This document shows, piece after piece, positions 26,876-27,688 of a stretch of DNA of 27,688 nucleotides (its first letter is position 1; each line of letters starts with the position of its first letter). The translations under genes were made by a program, and so were the position numbers. A model generated the notes under the pieces. It had not been told where the DNA came from. It saw only the letters and a program-made list of their open reading frames with translations, and ran no database searches. Origin of the DNA: a virus (Duplodnaviria; Caudoviricetes); IMG/VR virus record IMGVR_UViG_3300042894_001828, positions 1 to 27,688 of that record; one strand, 5' to 3'.

Positions 26876-27688
26876 ATGATTTGTACTATCACCTATAATG
26901 GTAAAGCTTATACCGAACAAGAATTTAAAAGATTAGTAGAAGCATCATTTAGTAATTATAAAGCAACTCAAAGTAGTCAAGATGCAGTAGAAGCTTATAA
27001 TACTGTAATGAAACAAGCTGATGCACTACTAGGATTCTTAAACCAGTATGGTGTTAAGTTAGATGATGACACATCATTTGAGCCTAAAGAAATAAGTGAA
27101 GAAGGTAGAAAAGAAATTACCAAAGAGTTAATGAAGATTGATGGTTTAGCTAATAATCATTTTAACTATTTTGTAAATCATGTATTTAATACTGCTGCTA
27201 AAGATTTTAATGTTAATGGGAAATCAATAACAAGTGAATCAGAGTTAAAACAGCAAATGAAAGAAGAGCTTATTAAGATGTTTAATACTTATGAAGCTAC
27301 TCTTGATAATGTTGCAGAAAAATTAAATGCTATTGGTAAACCTGATGATAATGTAGTTCAACTTAATCTTAAGAAAATTCAAGTAGCTAAAGAAAAACTT
27401 AAATTAGTTAAAGATAATTTTGATACTATTGCTGAAGTAGGATTAAATAAACTATATAAGTTTGCTAATATTAAAGTTAATACTGTAACTAATGAAGATG
27501 GTACTACTACAACAACAGTAGAGGAAGCAGATGATACTGCTAAAATAGCAGACATGGAAGAAGAATCTTCAGAAGATAGTGTAACAGACTTTGAAGAAAC
27601 AAATAGTGAAAGAGATGAAAATTATTCACAAACTTCTTTAGAAAGAAATCCTAAAAATTCTGTAAGAAAAGAACTTAGACTGTTAATG
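26876..27688 (+). CDS. 5' part of another very large cargo protein, possibly the virion RNA polymerase (truncated by window edge)
   Basis: ATG at 26876 (MICTITYNGKAYTEQEF...), open for 271 codons to the window end. Not in the ORF track. The RNAP guess rests on synteny only, as no DxDxD catalytic motif lies in the window. Confidence 0.65.
   Translation, partial: MICTITYNGKAYTEQEFKRLVEASFSNYKATQSSQDAVEAYNTVMKQADALLGFLNQYGVKLDDDTSFEPKEISEEGRKEITKELMKIDGLANNHFNYFVNHVFNTAAKDFNVNGKSITSESELKQQMKEELIKMFNTYEATLDNVAEKLNAIGKPDDNVVQLNLKKIQVAKEKLKLVKDNFDTIAEVGLNKLYKFANIKVNTVTNEDGTTTTTVEEADDTAKIADMEEESSEDSVTDFEETNSERDENYSQTSLERNPKNSVRKELRLLM

Overview
An AT-rich, gene-dense window with every credible gene on the + strand. 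It reads as the virion-structure and ejected-cargo region of a crAss-like (Crassvirales-related) podophage, probably with a Bacteroidota host: starts lack Shine-Dalgarno motifs and most have A at -3. From left to right it holds: (1) small membrane and fibre/decoration genes (1-4214); (2) a long hairpin and a PD-(D/E)XK nuclease; (3) the crAss-type block of ring protein, IHF/HU-like protein, tail tubular protein and tail stabilisation (muzzle) protein; (4) three large putative ejected cargo proteins and the start of a fourth, possibly the virion RNA polymerase. The most unusual element is the 2136-aa cargo protein. It is divided by about 10 recurring xxxGG motifs into modules that include two HExxH metalloprotease-like domains and a ~390-aa amphipathic beta-hairpin array resembling a membrane beta-barrel. 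Other points of interest are a toxin-like hydrophobic hairpin inside the muzzle, a shared N-terminal NP(Y/F)TG peptide on adjacent fibre genes, Cys-terminated/Cys-initiated neighbouring cargo genes, and near-complete GATC avoidance. All family calls come from motif recognition and gene order, not database searches.
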